Shown piece after piece: positions 29,164-39,072 of a stretch of 64,000 bases of DNA. This stretch comes from a virus (Duplodnaviria; Caudoviricetes). The translations under genes were made by a program, and so were the position numbers. The stretch is taken from the IMG/VR virus record IMGVR_UViG_3300029286_000011. One strand, 5' to 3'. The notes beneath the pieces are model-generated. The model did not search any database. It was not told the origin of the DNA and saw only the letters and a program-made list of their open reading frames with translations. Position 1 is the first letter of the stretch; each line of letters begins with the position of its first letter.

Positions 29164-30429
29164 CTAGTACGACTGACGTGAAGCAAGCAGCAGCGTCAGT
29201 CGCGCGATAGCACCTTTCGTCGCCTCATCGTCCTTGCCGATAGCTGCCCTTACGAGTTCAAGATCCTCGTTAGGCGTTCGTGTGCACTCACGATCTGCCA
29301 CCCAGTCGAGCACCCTGGCCACAGCCTTATCAAGATCGTTATCGTCTTCAGAGTAATCGATAGAGTTGCCCCTGTCCCTGAGCACGATACGAGCGCCGCC
29401 ATTTCCAAAGCTTAAGACCCCTGACCAGTTCTTCATCACGTTGCGAAGCTTCACCCAGTTAGCTACGACCGGGTCTTCCGTAGTTTGCGTGCCAGTTGAC
29501 GACTGCTCTGGCCCCCAGTACGGTACGCATTTAGCTTCGAGGCCAAATGAAGCGCACTTGAAGCTGGCACAATCCTCATTAGGCTTGTGCGGCACGCCAT
29601 GTTCTTTGCACACAACAGGGCATGGCTTCTGTGAGATGATATGCTCACAGATGACCTGCAACGACTTGACTGCAACTTCCACGCTATCGTCGCTAAGAAT
29701 TGCTCGCATGCGCTCGTCCATGTCACGAGGCTGGATAACTACGTTACGTAGCCAGTCGGTGACAACTGATGTTGCCAGGCCAAGCTTATCGGCCAGCGCT
29801 CTCTCCGACATGCCACGTTGCTTAAGCATGGCTTTGATATCGGTTGAGGTCAACAAGTACGCGTTCTGCCTGAACGTCTCGACAATCAAGTCCAGACTGG
29901 CATTCGGGATGATGAACTGACCGCAATGCTGACACGCCAGAACTGGCATCGACGGCATGTGCACGTCACACAGCTGCCCTTGGTAACTTACCTTAGTGCT
30001 GTAGGGTATACACTTACCCTTCACCGCGTCTTTGTTGCACCCAGCACAACGTAGAAGAGTCTCGGAGTCGGGTTGCTTAGATTCAGCCGATTTGACTGTC
30101 TTGTCACGGTGTGCCTCGACTGTCGCCTCATAGAACGCAAGCAGCGCATCGTACATCTTTATGTGCACGCCGTCCCACGCGCATATGTTATTGTTCTTCG
30201 GGCCAAGCAAGATACCGCCTCCGTCAGTAGCCAGCGTGATATGGAGATCTTCGACTTCCATTTCGTCGGCGATATCTCGCAGAAGCCAAAGAATGTCGTC
30301 TGCGGGCAGCTTGGCAAGTTCCTCTGCAATTTCGCGCATAACCTGCGTCGTGTTTGGGCTGCTGAACGTATGCAGCCTAGCCTGATCACGAGCATACTCT
30401 AGCAGCTCCAGTCTTGTGCGTGTCTGCAT
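29164..30429 (-). CDS. Mosaic protein with internal MqsA/YgiT-type zinc finger plus XRE HTH
   Basis: CAGC..VSYQGQLCDVHMPSMPVLACQHCG..LLTSTDIKAMLKQRGMSERALADKLGLATSVVTDWLRNVVIQPRDMD. Confidence 0.75.
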   Translation of the reverse strand: MQTRTRLELLEYARDQARLHTFSSPNTTQVMREIAEELAKLPADDILWLLRDIADEMEVEDLHITLATDGGGILLGPKNNNICAWDGVHIKMYDALLAFYEATVEAHRDKTVKSAESKQPDSETLLRCAGCNKDAVKGKCIPYSTKVSYQGQLCDVHMPSMPVLACQHCGQFIIPNASLDLIVETFRQNAYLLTSTDIKAMLKQRGMSERALADKLGLATSVVTDWLRNVVIQPRDMDERMRAILSDDSVEVAVKSLQVICEHIISQKPCPVVCKEHGVPHKPNEDCASFKCASFGLEAKCVPYWGPEQSSTGTQTTEDPVVANWVKLRNVMKNWSGVLSFGNGGARIVLRDRGNSIDYSEDDNDLDKAVARVLDWVADRECTRTPNEDLELVRAAIGKDDEATKGAIARLTLLLASRQSY

Positions 30430-30472
30430 CTGTTATCCTTTTTGTTACGTTGCTATACGAATGGCCCGATGA

Positions 30473-30856
30473 TCAAGACGCCAGCTCGGCGTTAGTGGCC
30501 GTAAGCCGTGCCTTGATCCTTTCGAACGCCGCAATAGTCTCCCCGTCGCCACCCTCCAGCCTTGACATTACTAGATCTACGTCGTCCTGTTGTTCATGCC
30601 AATTCAATGCGGCAACAATAGCCTGGGCTAAAGTTTTTCCGTGTATATTGCAAAGGCACTTTTTGTTCCAGTACAGTTGGACAGTCCAGCCCTTTGCCTC
30701 CGTTATGACAATCGACTCGTAGTACTCTTCAAGAGTTTCTAAGAGCTGCACCCAGCTACGATCACGGGTAGCCTTTGCTACGTCCTCCACCTCATTGGTT
30801 TTGGCTTGGTTCATTGCTTGCCCCTGCTGGTTGTGTTCTAGTGTCTTCCCACTCAT
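30473..30856 (-). CDS. Hypothetical protein with shared module
   Basis: TLAQAIVAALNW..DLVMSRL..IAAFERIKARL is similar to the C-termini of the two downstream ORFs. Confidence 0.55.
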   Translation of the reverse strand: MSGKTLEHNQQGQAMNQAKTNEVEDVAKATRDRSWVQLLETLEEYYESIVITEAKGWTVQLYWNKKCLCNIHGKTLAQAIVAALNWHEQQDDVDLVMSRLEGGDGETIAAFERIKARLTATNAELAS

Positions 30857-30882
30857 ACCACTTCCTTAGCCACGCCTGCCCG

Positions 30883-31749
30883 CTACGCTTTGTGACTGTC
30901 TGTCGGAGCTGCGTCAGGTAAATAGTCCATCGGTGGCTGCTCATTAGGCCGGTTAGGATCCACCACGACGATAAAGCACCAGTGGGTGATGGTGCCTCGA
31001 CTCGACCACGAAGTTCCACCCTCGCTAAATGCGGTGTTATTGCCGGCATAGTACCGAGCATACCATTGCGTGTGTTGGGAATTTCGAACCCACACCTTCG
31101 TATCGATCTTCGTGTCCTTGTTAGGTGCCCGCCACACTACAGGACGTACCACAAGGCTCTTAGTCCAGTCCTCCGGTACGTCTGTGAGCAGCAAGCCTGT
31201 CAACGTCCACCATGTGCAGCCGACGGCACGCCAGACAGTTGACTCCAGTTTTGGTTGCAGGTTGCAGCCATGAATCGCATCTGACTTGCTTTTGCACACA
31301 CATTGAATATCCGGATGCAGAATAGCCCACATATCGGGCCCGCCGTACTTCACGCCTTTGTTGCTCTGCGGGTCAAGTTGTACGGCAGGTTGTGCTGGCT
31401 GCGCATCAGGCTGCGTCAGAATAGCCTTATCGATAGCCATGTTGCCGATGCGGTACCGCATACCGCACAGCATGGCCCCGTAGTTTGAGCCCCAGAACAG
31501 CAACAGCGGCTCAATTTTCCTGTTGGACCTATCCATCTTCAGCGCCGGTTCGCTGTGTTTGTAGATGGTGTAGTTGATGATTTCGCCGGAGCCGTCTTCC
31601 TGCATCAAGGCCTTACAGCTGTCCACCAGCTCTTTCACCGTTGGCTCTTCGAGCATGTCGGCGGCTTTGTTGTATAAGGGCTCTTTGCAGGAGATAGCCC
31701 TTTGTCGTAGCCAGTTGCCCATCGACTGGTGTGTGTCAAACATCGTCAC
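30883..31749 (-). CDS. Mosaic hypothetical protein
   Basis: EPTVKELV module at the N-terminus; IDTKVWVR..WYARYYAG..G.TSWS phage module at the C-terminus. Confidence 0.55.
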   Translation of the reverse strand: MTMFDTHQSMGNWLRQRAISCKEPLYNKAADMLEEPTVKELVDSCKALMQEDGSGEIINYTIYKHSEPALKMDRSNRKIEPLLLFWGSNYGAMLCGMRYRIGNMAIDKAILTQPDAQPAQPAVQLDPQSNKGVKYGGPDMWAILHPDIQCVCKSKSDAIHGCNLQPKLESTVWRAVGCTWWTLTGLLLTDVPEDWTKSLVVRPVVWRAPNKDTKIDTKVWVRNSQHTQWYARYYAGNNTAFSEGGTSWSSRGTITHWCFIVVVDPNRPNEQPPMDYLPDAAPTDSHKA

Positions 31750-32971
31750 TGTCCTTTGCTTATGAGTTCGTATCGTAAACGCTACTGATCGTCGGCAGGA
31801 GTCTCGACAGGCGGTTGTACGCGAGCCTGCCTGGACTGCTTGGCATCTTCAGCAAACTTCCTGACCTTTGCCAGCATCCTGCCGAAGTCGTGTGCTTCGT
31901 TGAAGTCGGCGATTAGTCTTCCTGACGTACCCACGGGTATGAGCTCAATCTCTGCGCCCAGCTCCCCGCATTTTGTGCCATCCGGATTCTCGATGCAGCC
32001 GTACGTTGTCAGTGAGCACAAGCTGTCGGGGAACAGCGTTGCCAGCTCATCCATGACTTCCGCTACGTCAGCCATAGTTGGCTTACGAAGCTCCCTCAGC
32101 ACATCGGACCACACATCTGCCAGCAGCATGTTATGTGCGGCACGGCAGGCTGCAAGCTGCTTCTCAACCTTGGCCACAACGCTTGCTCGTCGCTCGGTAT
32201 GAACAGACACAGCGTGACTCCTTGTTGTTTGTAATGTTGGTATCACCAGCAATCTACACACCACACAGCGAATATGCCTGGCTTACGACAGACATAGCCC
32301 CATTCTCGAATCACTCTACCGCAACGGTTGCATCGTTCGCCGCTACCGCGACTACGATGTGCTGACAAAACTGCCAGATAGTAACCCTCTCTATCGGGCT
32401 CACATTGCCTGGGCCTTGCTGGCAGGATAGGTGGTGGTTCGTGTCCTAAAGGTGGGTACTTCATAACTACCAGCCAATTCCGTCTGCCAGTGTCTTGTGC
32501 GTTCCCACACAACCCGAACGACCGCACTTCCTACAATTGACATCAACATAACACACATCGCCATCCATCTCTGTAGACAGTGAAGCCCAATCAGGAACGT
32601 GTGGCTCACCATCAACAGAGCACACATCTGCGTCATCTTTATCTTTTGACATCGGCGGAATTACCGTCGGTACGTTGTTCTTGGCAAGCGCGTCTACGTT
32701 CCACCGAACTTCCCAGTCTGCACTTGGCAGCCACCACAGACAAACTCCCTCGTAGCCGGGATAGTAAAAGCCCGGCGTACCTTTCTGACTGATCACGTAC
32801 TCCAGTGACTCGTGTTTGAACTCATAGGGGTGAGGCGTCGACCCGTCCGGAGTCAAACACGCAATCTCGTGCAGCTTGGCATACTGTCGAAGTGTTAGCC
32901 CTGTTTCCTTATGAATGATGCCAAAGAGCTTCATCGCGCACCTTTGTTGAATGTAGTGACGTTAAATGCAA

Positions 32972-32994
32972 AAGGGACGCAACAAGCGTCCCTT
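32972..32994 (-). terminator. Rho-independent terminator
   Basis: AAGGGACGC-AACAA-GCGTCCCTT hairpin with TTTT on the minus strand, after the methyl/glycosyltransferase operon. Confidence 0.7.
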
Positions 32995-33016
32995 ACCGAC
33001 GGCGAACTATCGTGAC

Positions 33017-33688
33017 TCAATGATAGTAGTACTGCAACATCGTGCTCAGGCTCTTGGTCTCTTCTGTCATCATGCCGTGAAAGCCAAATGACTTGGACAG
33101 ATCGAAACCTAGCCGCATTGGCTGCTCTTGCGAGAACTCCCAGGCCAGCTCAGGTGGTGCAAATTGCATGCTTGGAAGATAGCTGCGAGCATCTACGCAT
33201 GTAAAGATATCGTCCACAGCGTGATGCCAGACACGTGCGTGCGCATCTAAGACTTCTTCAGGTATTCGCGACGTGGCTTCCAATAGCCTCTTTGATCGCA
33301 AGCAAAAGCCACTGTTGCCTACGAACTGCCCATGATTCCAACTGGCTTTCGGCCACGGTGCGCCTATGTAATCATAGGCCATGAACTCGTCTTGCCACTT
33401 CTGTGCGTCCAATACAAAGCCGTCGCTCTGTACGGTCAGCACATGCGGCGTATTGACGTACGCATGCAGGTCGCGCAGCATGAATCGATTGTACCCGTCC
33501 AGCGTCATCCGTCTGGTGGCACCGTATCTGACGCTAAGATGCAGCTGCTTCGGCGGCTTATCAGAAAGCAGGATGACGTCAGCGAAGTCGATGTTGCGCA
33601 GACTGTACAGCAAAGCCTTCTGCGCGAGATCCGGATCGACGCAATCGACAGCAAGCAGCGTGACGTACGGAAGATGAAGCTTAGCCAT
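33017..33688 (-). CDS. DUF5672-like glycosyltransferase-associated protein
   Basis: HVLTVQSDGFVL..W.DEF..YDYIGAPW..VGNSGFCLRSKRLL..ED-like DDIF..FSQE..SFGFHG. Confidence 0.85.
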   Translation of the reverse strand: MAKLHLPYVTLLAVDCVDPDLAQKALLYSLRNIDFADVILLSDKPPKQLHLSVRYGATRRMTLDGYNRFMLRDLHAYVNTPHVLTVQSDGFVLDAQKWQDEFMAYDYIGAPWPKASWNHGQFVGNSGFCLRSKRLLEATSRIPEEVLDAHARVWHHAVDDIFTCVDARSYLPSMQFAPPELAWEFSQEQPMRLGFDLSKSFGFHGMMTEETKSLSTMLQYYYH

Positions 33689-34430
33689 TTTTCTTAGCCC
33701 TTAGACGCTGCGCCAGTTCTCGCCCATCCGGCGTAGGATTTCCAGGCAGCAATGGAAGATAGTTTGGTTTTTGGTCAATCGTGGCAGGCTCAATGCATAG
33801 GTACGGCTTTGGAATACGTTCCTTGCATTCACCTTTTGGTTGCGACGCCGGATAGTTGCGAATCTCGGACGCATGTTTGTGTATGGCCTTTATCGTCAGC
33901 GCAGGATTACGCACGCTGTAGCCGGCCATTGCAGTGTCCCAGGCAAAGCGATTGTCGCAGCCTGGATAGCCAAACGGGAAGTCTGCAACGAGCTCCTCAC
34001 TAGGCGGTCCACGGAAGAACCATGCATCTTGTCCGTACGATATGTCCCACAGAACAATCTGGCCATCACGTCGAGTGTTCCATCTGCCGAGACAATATGC
34101 CTGCGTCTTAGTCAGACTATTGCAGGCTTCAAGGCTCTGATCAAAGTAAATGTCGCTGTTGCATATGACATTGATGTCATCGTCTGCACTAATCTCACGC
34201 AGCAACGCCAGTACCTGGCCGAAAGTTGGTCTGCCGCTTGGATGGCAACACGGCTTTAGTAAGACGGAAGACACGACAGTCAACTTGTCGTGCACAGGTA
34301 CTGGTACGTCGCTGATGACGACACAGCTATCGATAATAGGATTAGCCAGATTGGCCTGCAGGCAGTAGTCGATCTCTATCTGCCGTTCGATTTGTTTATC
34401 GACGTAGTACTGGCTGCATACGCGAATCAT
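33681..34430 (-). CDS. Putative glycosyltransferase
   Basis: RPTFG..NVICNSDIYFD (DxD-like), QDAWFF and GYPGCDNR motifs. Confidence 0.65.
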   Translation of the reverse strand: MIRVCSQYYVDKQIERQIEIDYCLQANLANPIIDSCVVISDVPVPVHDKLTVVSSVLLKPCCHPSGRPTFGQVLALLREISADDDINVICNSDIYFDQSLEACNSLTKTQAYCLGRWNTRRDGQIVLWDISYGQDAWFFRGPPSEELVADFPFGYPGCDNRFAWDTAMAGYSVRNPALTIKAIHKHASEIRNYPASQPKGECKERIPKPYLCIEPATIDQKPNYLPLLPGNPTPDGRELAQRLRAKKNG

Positions 34431-34433
34431 GTG

Positions 34434-35318
34434 CTACTCCTTGTCGCCCAAACGAAGAATCTTCTTCAAATCCTTGATCTCGAACTGCTCGTTCAGTATC
34501 TGGTATGCCGCAAGCGGAACGTTCACTCCGTTGTAGTCAACGAATGGCTTATCGCTCGCAGTTGTCGACCAATCAACTGCCTCGTCGTAGTTCATCTGCA
34601 CAGCGCCTGGTGAGTTCTGCCCGGCCAGCCATTTGTCGTCGTTGCCGAATGAAGATTCAGCACGACACGCCAAGCCCAGTCGCAACACGCCGTCGTGTAG
34701 ATAGCAACAATCTACAGGTCGAAGCCTAGCGCACCGACACAGATAGTGCAGGCATGCCGCCGACGGTAACCAGTAGTTGCCCTGCTCAGGGCGAGGATAG
34801 AATCGACCACGGGCATTGAACGACATGGTAATGTCTGGCATGTCAGTCGCCGCCGTCTCGATTATCATGATACCCCCATCACGGAGCATCGACCTGGCCC
34901 TCAGAAGACAGGCAAATGGGTCGAAAACGTGATAGAGAACCCCTGCGAAGACCACCACGTCGAATTTAGCCCGTCCCACGTCCTTCTGGATGTCACGGAG
35001 GCTGGTTCCCCTGACAAAGGGCAGCTTAACGCCCAGCGTGTCACGGAGGGCCTGTAAACGCGCCGCTGTGGCATTTGTTCCGTCAGGGTGTCTATCCCAG
35101 GCCAGGGCATTACCGCCATTACGCTCGACAAGAATCGAGACCATGCTTTCCATGGCTCCGATGTCTATACAGTCCTGGCCCTTGAGACGAATCTTGGACA
35201 ACAACTGCCGCACGACGGCAATGCTCGGGAAGCCGAAGCCGTTCGTGATGACGTTCGGCAGGACCTCAATCTTGTAGTACCACTGCTGTTTCCAAATTGG
35301 ATCAGATGCATCACGCAT
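34434..35318 (-). CDS. SAM-dependent methyltransferase (CmoB/DUF1698-like)
   Basis: CIDIGAMES, FDVVVFAGVLYHVFDP..L..ARSMLRDGGIMIIET. Confidence 0.85.
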   Translation of the reverse strand: MRDASDPIWKQQWYYKIEVLPNVITNGFGFPSIAVVRQLLSKIRLKGQDCIDIGAMESMVSILVERNGGNALAWDRHPDGTNATAARLQALRDTLGVKLPFVRGTSLRDIQKDVGRAKFDVVVFAGVLYHVFDPFACLLRARSMLRDGGIMIIETAATDMPDITMSFNARGRFYPRPEQGNYWLPSAACLHYLCRCARLRPVDCCYLHDGVLRLGLACRAESSFGNDDKWLAGQNSPGAVQMNYDEAVDWSTTASDKPFVDYNGVNVPLAAYQILNEQFEIKDLKKILRLGDKE

Positions 35319-35321
35319 GAC

Positions 35322-35975
35322 TTAACCTTGTTTGATAAGTGACCATATACAGTCAACAACACGGACGGGTAAATGCCCTTCACCTGCGAACTGCGTAACG
35401 GCTTGCATTACAGAAGCCATATCAGCATCGTGTCCGGCTAGTACTCCTCCAGTCTTCACCTTTGGATACCACGCCTGAATATCCGCTAGCACACTTGCAT
35501 ACGTGTGCTCAGCATCAATGAACACCAGATCAACGCTACGGTCCGGAAAGTCTTCGACCGCTTTCAGCGACATGGCCTGTCGCAATGTGACTGTCTGGCC
35601 TAGGTCATACACGGCTAGTATTTCTTCGAGGTTGTCTCTAGCGTCTCGCGCAACTGCTTGCCAGAACTTCAGGTCGAGCTTCTTAGAATGCGCATCAATG
35701 CCAGTCGTGCTAACTAGATCGTCCCAGCAGTCGATACCGACAATGCGATTGTTTTGGTTTCGACACAGTTCAGCTATGTGCAACAGCCCGACGCCGCCGT
35801 AGACACCGACCTCAACTATCAGTCCGTCACGAATAGGTCCTACAAGCTGTCTATAGTACTCGCCTTGCGACGGCGTAAACCAGCCGCGCAGCTTGTGACC
35901 TCGATAGTCGTAAGTCACACCGGCGCGAATGTCCGGAATCTTCAGTTCTGTCGGGTAAGCAGTCGGCTGCAACAT
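35322..35975 (-). CDS. Class I SAM methyltransferase (Methyltransf_24-like)
   Basis: IVEVGVYGG, VDLVFIDAEHTYASVLADIQAWYPKVKTGGVLAGHD. Confidence 0.9.
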   Translation of the reverse strand: MLQPTAYPTELKIPDIRAGVTYDYRGHKLRGWFTPSQGEYYRQLVGPIRDGLIVEVGVYGGVGLLHIAELCRNQNNRIVGIDCWDDLVSTTGIDAHSKKLDLKFWQAVARDARDNLEEILAVYDLGQTVTLRQAMSLKAVEDFPDRSVDLVFIDAEHTYASVLADIQAWYPKVKTGGVLAGHDADMASVMQAVTQFAGEGHLPVRVVDCIWSLIKQG

Positions 35976-35984
35976 GTGAGAATC

Positions 35985-36881
35985 CTAGCTGCCGTAATCA
36001 ATGTCCGGCTCTCGCGGTGTCTCTTCCACTAGGCGAAAATAGCGCAGTGGATCCCAGGTCTTGCGCATTTCCGCTTCGTTGTAGCTAGCTGTATCGAAGA
36101 CACGATAACGGCCATCAGCTACACGTGGGCTGTTAATGGCCCGCAACACAGCTAGATTGCCTGGAGATATGTCATCCACCTCGTCTTTGTCCAGGCGGCC
36201 AGGCAATGGTGCGCACATGCCACAACGATGGCACCACCTGTCGATCTGGTCCTGATAGTGGCCTATCTCGTGATCCCACATACCAGGTTCGATCGGTTTG
36301 CCGCCAGGGCCGTGAAACAGTGAATCCATGGCACCGGCCATCTCACAGAAGAAATAGCCTTTAGGCGTCACAGAGCTAGACCAGTACCGCTGCACAGGGC
36401 ATTGCTCAATCAGCTTGGCTTGGCGCTCAGCATCAACCAGTTCCTGTACAGCCACGAGCATCGGCTGGTGCATACAGACGAGGTTGTGTTGATTGACGCT
36501 GATGTAGCCGTGTGGCAGCATAACCCGCTGAATATCATCAGCAAACTTGTGCTCTTCCCGCACCATGCCGGTCCATAGCGCACGATGCTGCTGCGGGATG
36601 TTCTCTTCCTCAAACACCCGCAGCAGCTTATCAAGCTCTGGATGCATCAACGGGTCACCACCGAAGATTCCTATCTTCTTGATGCCCTTGCTCCAGTGCT
36701 CTGGATTGCCTGGTCGTAGAACGTAGTCGCGAAGTGATCGCACAGCCTGCCTGAACTGCTCGACAGACATAACACAAGGCTTGTCGTAGTGCGGTACAAG
36801 CCGATGACAGTTGGCACAGTTGCGTGGACAAGCCGTCGTTACGTCGACGAGTATGGCCCAATGGTCACGTGGCGAAATCAT
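35985..36881 (-). CDS. Radical SAM protein
   Basis: VDVTTACPRNCANC (CxxxCxxC), GIFGGDPLMHP, and C-terminal Cys cluster (FFCE..CHRCGMC). Confidence 0.9.
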   Translation of the reverse strand: MISPRDHWAILVDVTTACPRNCANCHRLVPHYDKPCVMSVEQFRQAVRSLRDYVLRPGNPEHWSKGIKKIGIFGGDPLMHPELDKLLRVFEEENIPQQHRALWTGMVREEHKFADDIQRVMLPHGYISVNQHNLVCMHQPMLVAVQELVDAERQAKLIEQCPVQRYWSSSVTPKGYFFCEMAGAMDSLFHGPGGKPIEPGMWDHEIGHYQDQIDRWCHRCGMCAPLPGRLDKDEVDDISPGNLAVLRAINSPRVADGRYRVFDTASYNEAEMRKTWDPLRYFRLVEETPREPDIDYGS

Positions 36882-36928
36882 GTTTTATCTCCTGTGACCA
36901 CACTATAGCTAACTGCGATGGTAGGTGC

Positions 36929-36956
36929 GAGATGTAATTAGCGCTAATTACATCTC
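36929..36956. promoter_or_regulatory. 28-bp perfect palindrome GAGATGTAATTAGCGCTAATTACATCTC (copy 3)
   Basis: Overlaps the stop of the upstream ORF, about 48 nt upstream of the radical SAM / methyltransferase operon. Confidence 0.65.
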
Positions 36957-37303
36957 CACGGCTGAACACTAGTGTTGTATTCGTCGTCGCCTTCGTACCG
37001 CGTGTGTGAGTGATGTTTGTACTCTACCGGCTCGTATGTGGCATGAGCCGCGCCGAGATATACTAGCCACCCGCACACACCGCACAGAAATATAGTGCCA
37101 TAGATCAACGTGTCGTAGGCACGATATTGTTCGCCGAAGGCTGTGTTGACCTGGGCGCGCGTAACGACAGTGTCGTTGACCGTCAGCGGCAGCTGATTGC
37201 CGTAGTGCACAACAACGGCCAGGCACACCAGTGACAACAGCGCAAGAATGCAGGAGATCAAGAATCGCTTCATGTTAGCAGTCCTTTCATGGTTGGTGGG
37301 CAT
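36944..37303 (-). CDS. Small membrane protein
   Basis: Two hydrophobic segments (FLISCILALLSLVCLAVVV; LIYGTIFLCGVCGWLVYLG). Confidence 0.6.
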   Translation of the reverse strand: MPTNHERTANMKRFLISCILALLSLVCLAVVVHYGNQLPLTVNDTVVTRAQVNTAFGEQYRAYDTLIYGTIFLCGVCGWLVYLGAAHATYEPVEYKHHSHTRYEGDDEYNTSVQPWRCN

Positions 37304-37590
37304 AGCCGAATACGGGCTACAAGCTCCTCAACGAAGAGATTGTAGCCCGGCCCCTCACGAGCTGTCACCAAGTGAGAGGCTGTCGGCCACGCCTGTCTCA
37401 AGGGAATCCCGTTGGATACCTCGTACAGCCTTTATTCCCGGCTAAGGGGGCTGCGGACGATTCACGATCCCGATAAATAGGGAAATCGTCCTCAATGGCC
37501 TTGCTGCAATCACAGTAGCTGAGTGACAGCGCTACTGCCAGCAAGAGGATACAGGGCCAAATCATGAAGCACCTCGTTTGGGAGAGGCTG

Positions 37591-38076
37591 CTACTGCGGT
37601 AAACCACCCAGCATGATCGTTGAGTGGATATTGAAAATGACAGTCCCGCCGTTCACGGCCCGTTTGCAACAGCGTCCGATGGCGAACAGGTGGTGGTCGC
37701 ACAACGTATCAACGAACTGGTTTAACAGCCTCGTCGGATCTGGCAAGACGTGCGGCCCGATCAGCTGGCCAATCAACAACGGGTAAAGATCGCAATCGAA
37801 TTCGAATGCGCCGGTTGTGGCCACTCGTAGATCGTCATACTCACCGGCTCGACTACGCTGCATGGCCACGCCAAGGAAACGCTTGACGAATTCAGTGCGA
37901 AGATCAATCTCTTCCCCTGCATGGTGCAACATAACATCCACAAGCTGTGACGCTGGCTTTACGTTATCAACGTCCTGCCACACCAGGTCACCAATCTCGA
38001 TGACCGTATCAGCGCGTACGGCCGCCACAACGGGGTTCGTATCACCCCGCCTCCACCGCATCTTGTCTGCCATCAC
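37591..38076 (-). CDS. Capsid-cement/decoration-like protein
   Basis: MRWRRGDTNPVVAAV..IEIGDLVW..FLGVAMQRSR.GE...RVATTG.FEFDC resembles DUF2190-like cement proteins. Confidence 0.55.
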   Translation of the reverse strand: MMADKMRWRRGDTNPVVAAVRADTVIEIGDLVWQDVDNVKPASQLVDVMLHHAGEEIDLRTEFVKRFLGVAMQRSRAGEYDDLRVATTGAFEFDCDLYPLLIGQLIGPHVLPDPTRLLNQFVDTLCDHHLFAIGRCCKRAVNGGTVIFNIHSTIMLGGLPQ

Positions 38077-39072
38077 ATCTCCCTTTGTGTTACGTGTACG
38101 GCTAGTAACCGCTAGTCAGTAGCAGGAACAATATGACGACTAGCAGCAAGGCAACGATTGTTGCGTCGAACCACCACAAGAATCTCTCCACGCCTCACCT
38201 CCGTGTTTGGATGACTACTTTGTATACAGATGGCTGAACTCTTCGACTGTTGGTTTCTTCCTAAGCCGGCGCAGCGGCCATTTGATTGGATTGAACAACA
38301 CAGCATCGTTTTCGGGCACTTGTCAATCAAGATCTGTCGTATCTCAGCCTCCTGCTCAAAGCACATGCCGACGTAGGTGAGTAGGTAGCCGCACGTGGCC
38401 TCGTTACGCTGATCAAACCATGACAATAGAAGCCACATCGTAATGAAGCCAACAAAGATGAGTGAAAACGCCAGGTACATACGGGTATCTCCGTAACTGT
38501 TGTGGTGATGACTGTAAACAAAACGACGAGCCAGTACAACGGTGCGACTCTCAATATCGCCCAGCCGTACATCTACGAAACAGCTGTTGACCGTTGTACT
38601 GGCTACGTCACACACGCACACTCAAGGAGCTTCGCAATTGCTAACTGTCAAGGAGCCGTTCGCCCAGTCAGCGGAGGAGCGAGATGTCCGACTTTCGTCG
38701 GCCTGCCATTTGTGAAGACGGCTCTACGCCGCACAAGCAGCAGGGAACTTCCGAAGACTAATAGTTAGTGGAGCGTGTCAGCCTCGATCTGACTGCTGAA
38801 TTGTCCCTCGCCTGTACTTTCGCCTTGGGCTTCTCTCCTCAGCCGTGCCATGCTGGCAACAATAAGCGCATTGCGGCTGCGCTTGCCGTGTTACCAACAC
38901 CCACTCCGCTCCATAGGAAGCAACAACCGCGTGCAGAAGGATGAGCCATCCCCACGAGTGCCCGGTTTATCTCGGCAGTGGTGATCAGTCCACATAGCCT
39001 GGGCTTTTCTACTATACGCCCTTTTGGTCGTTCCACGGTTGTTGCTTTTCGGCTTACTTGTACTTCGTAAGC

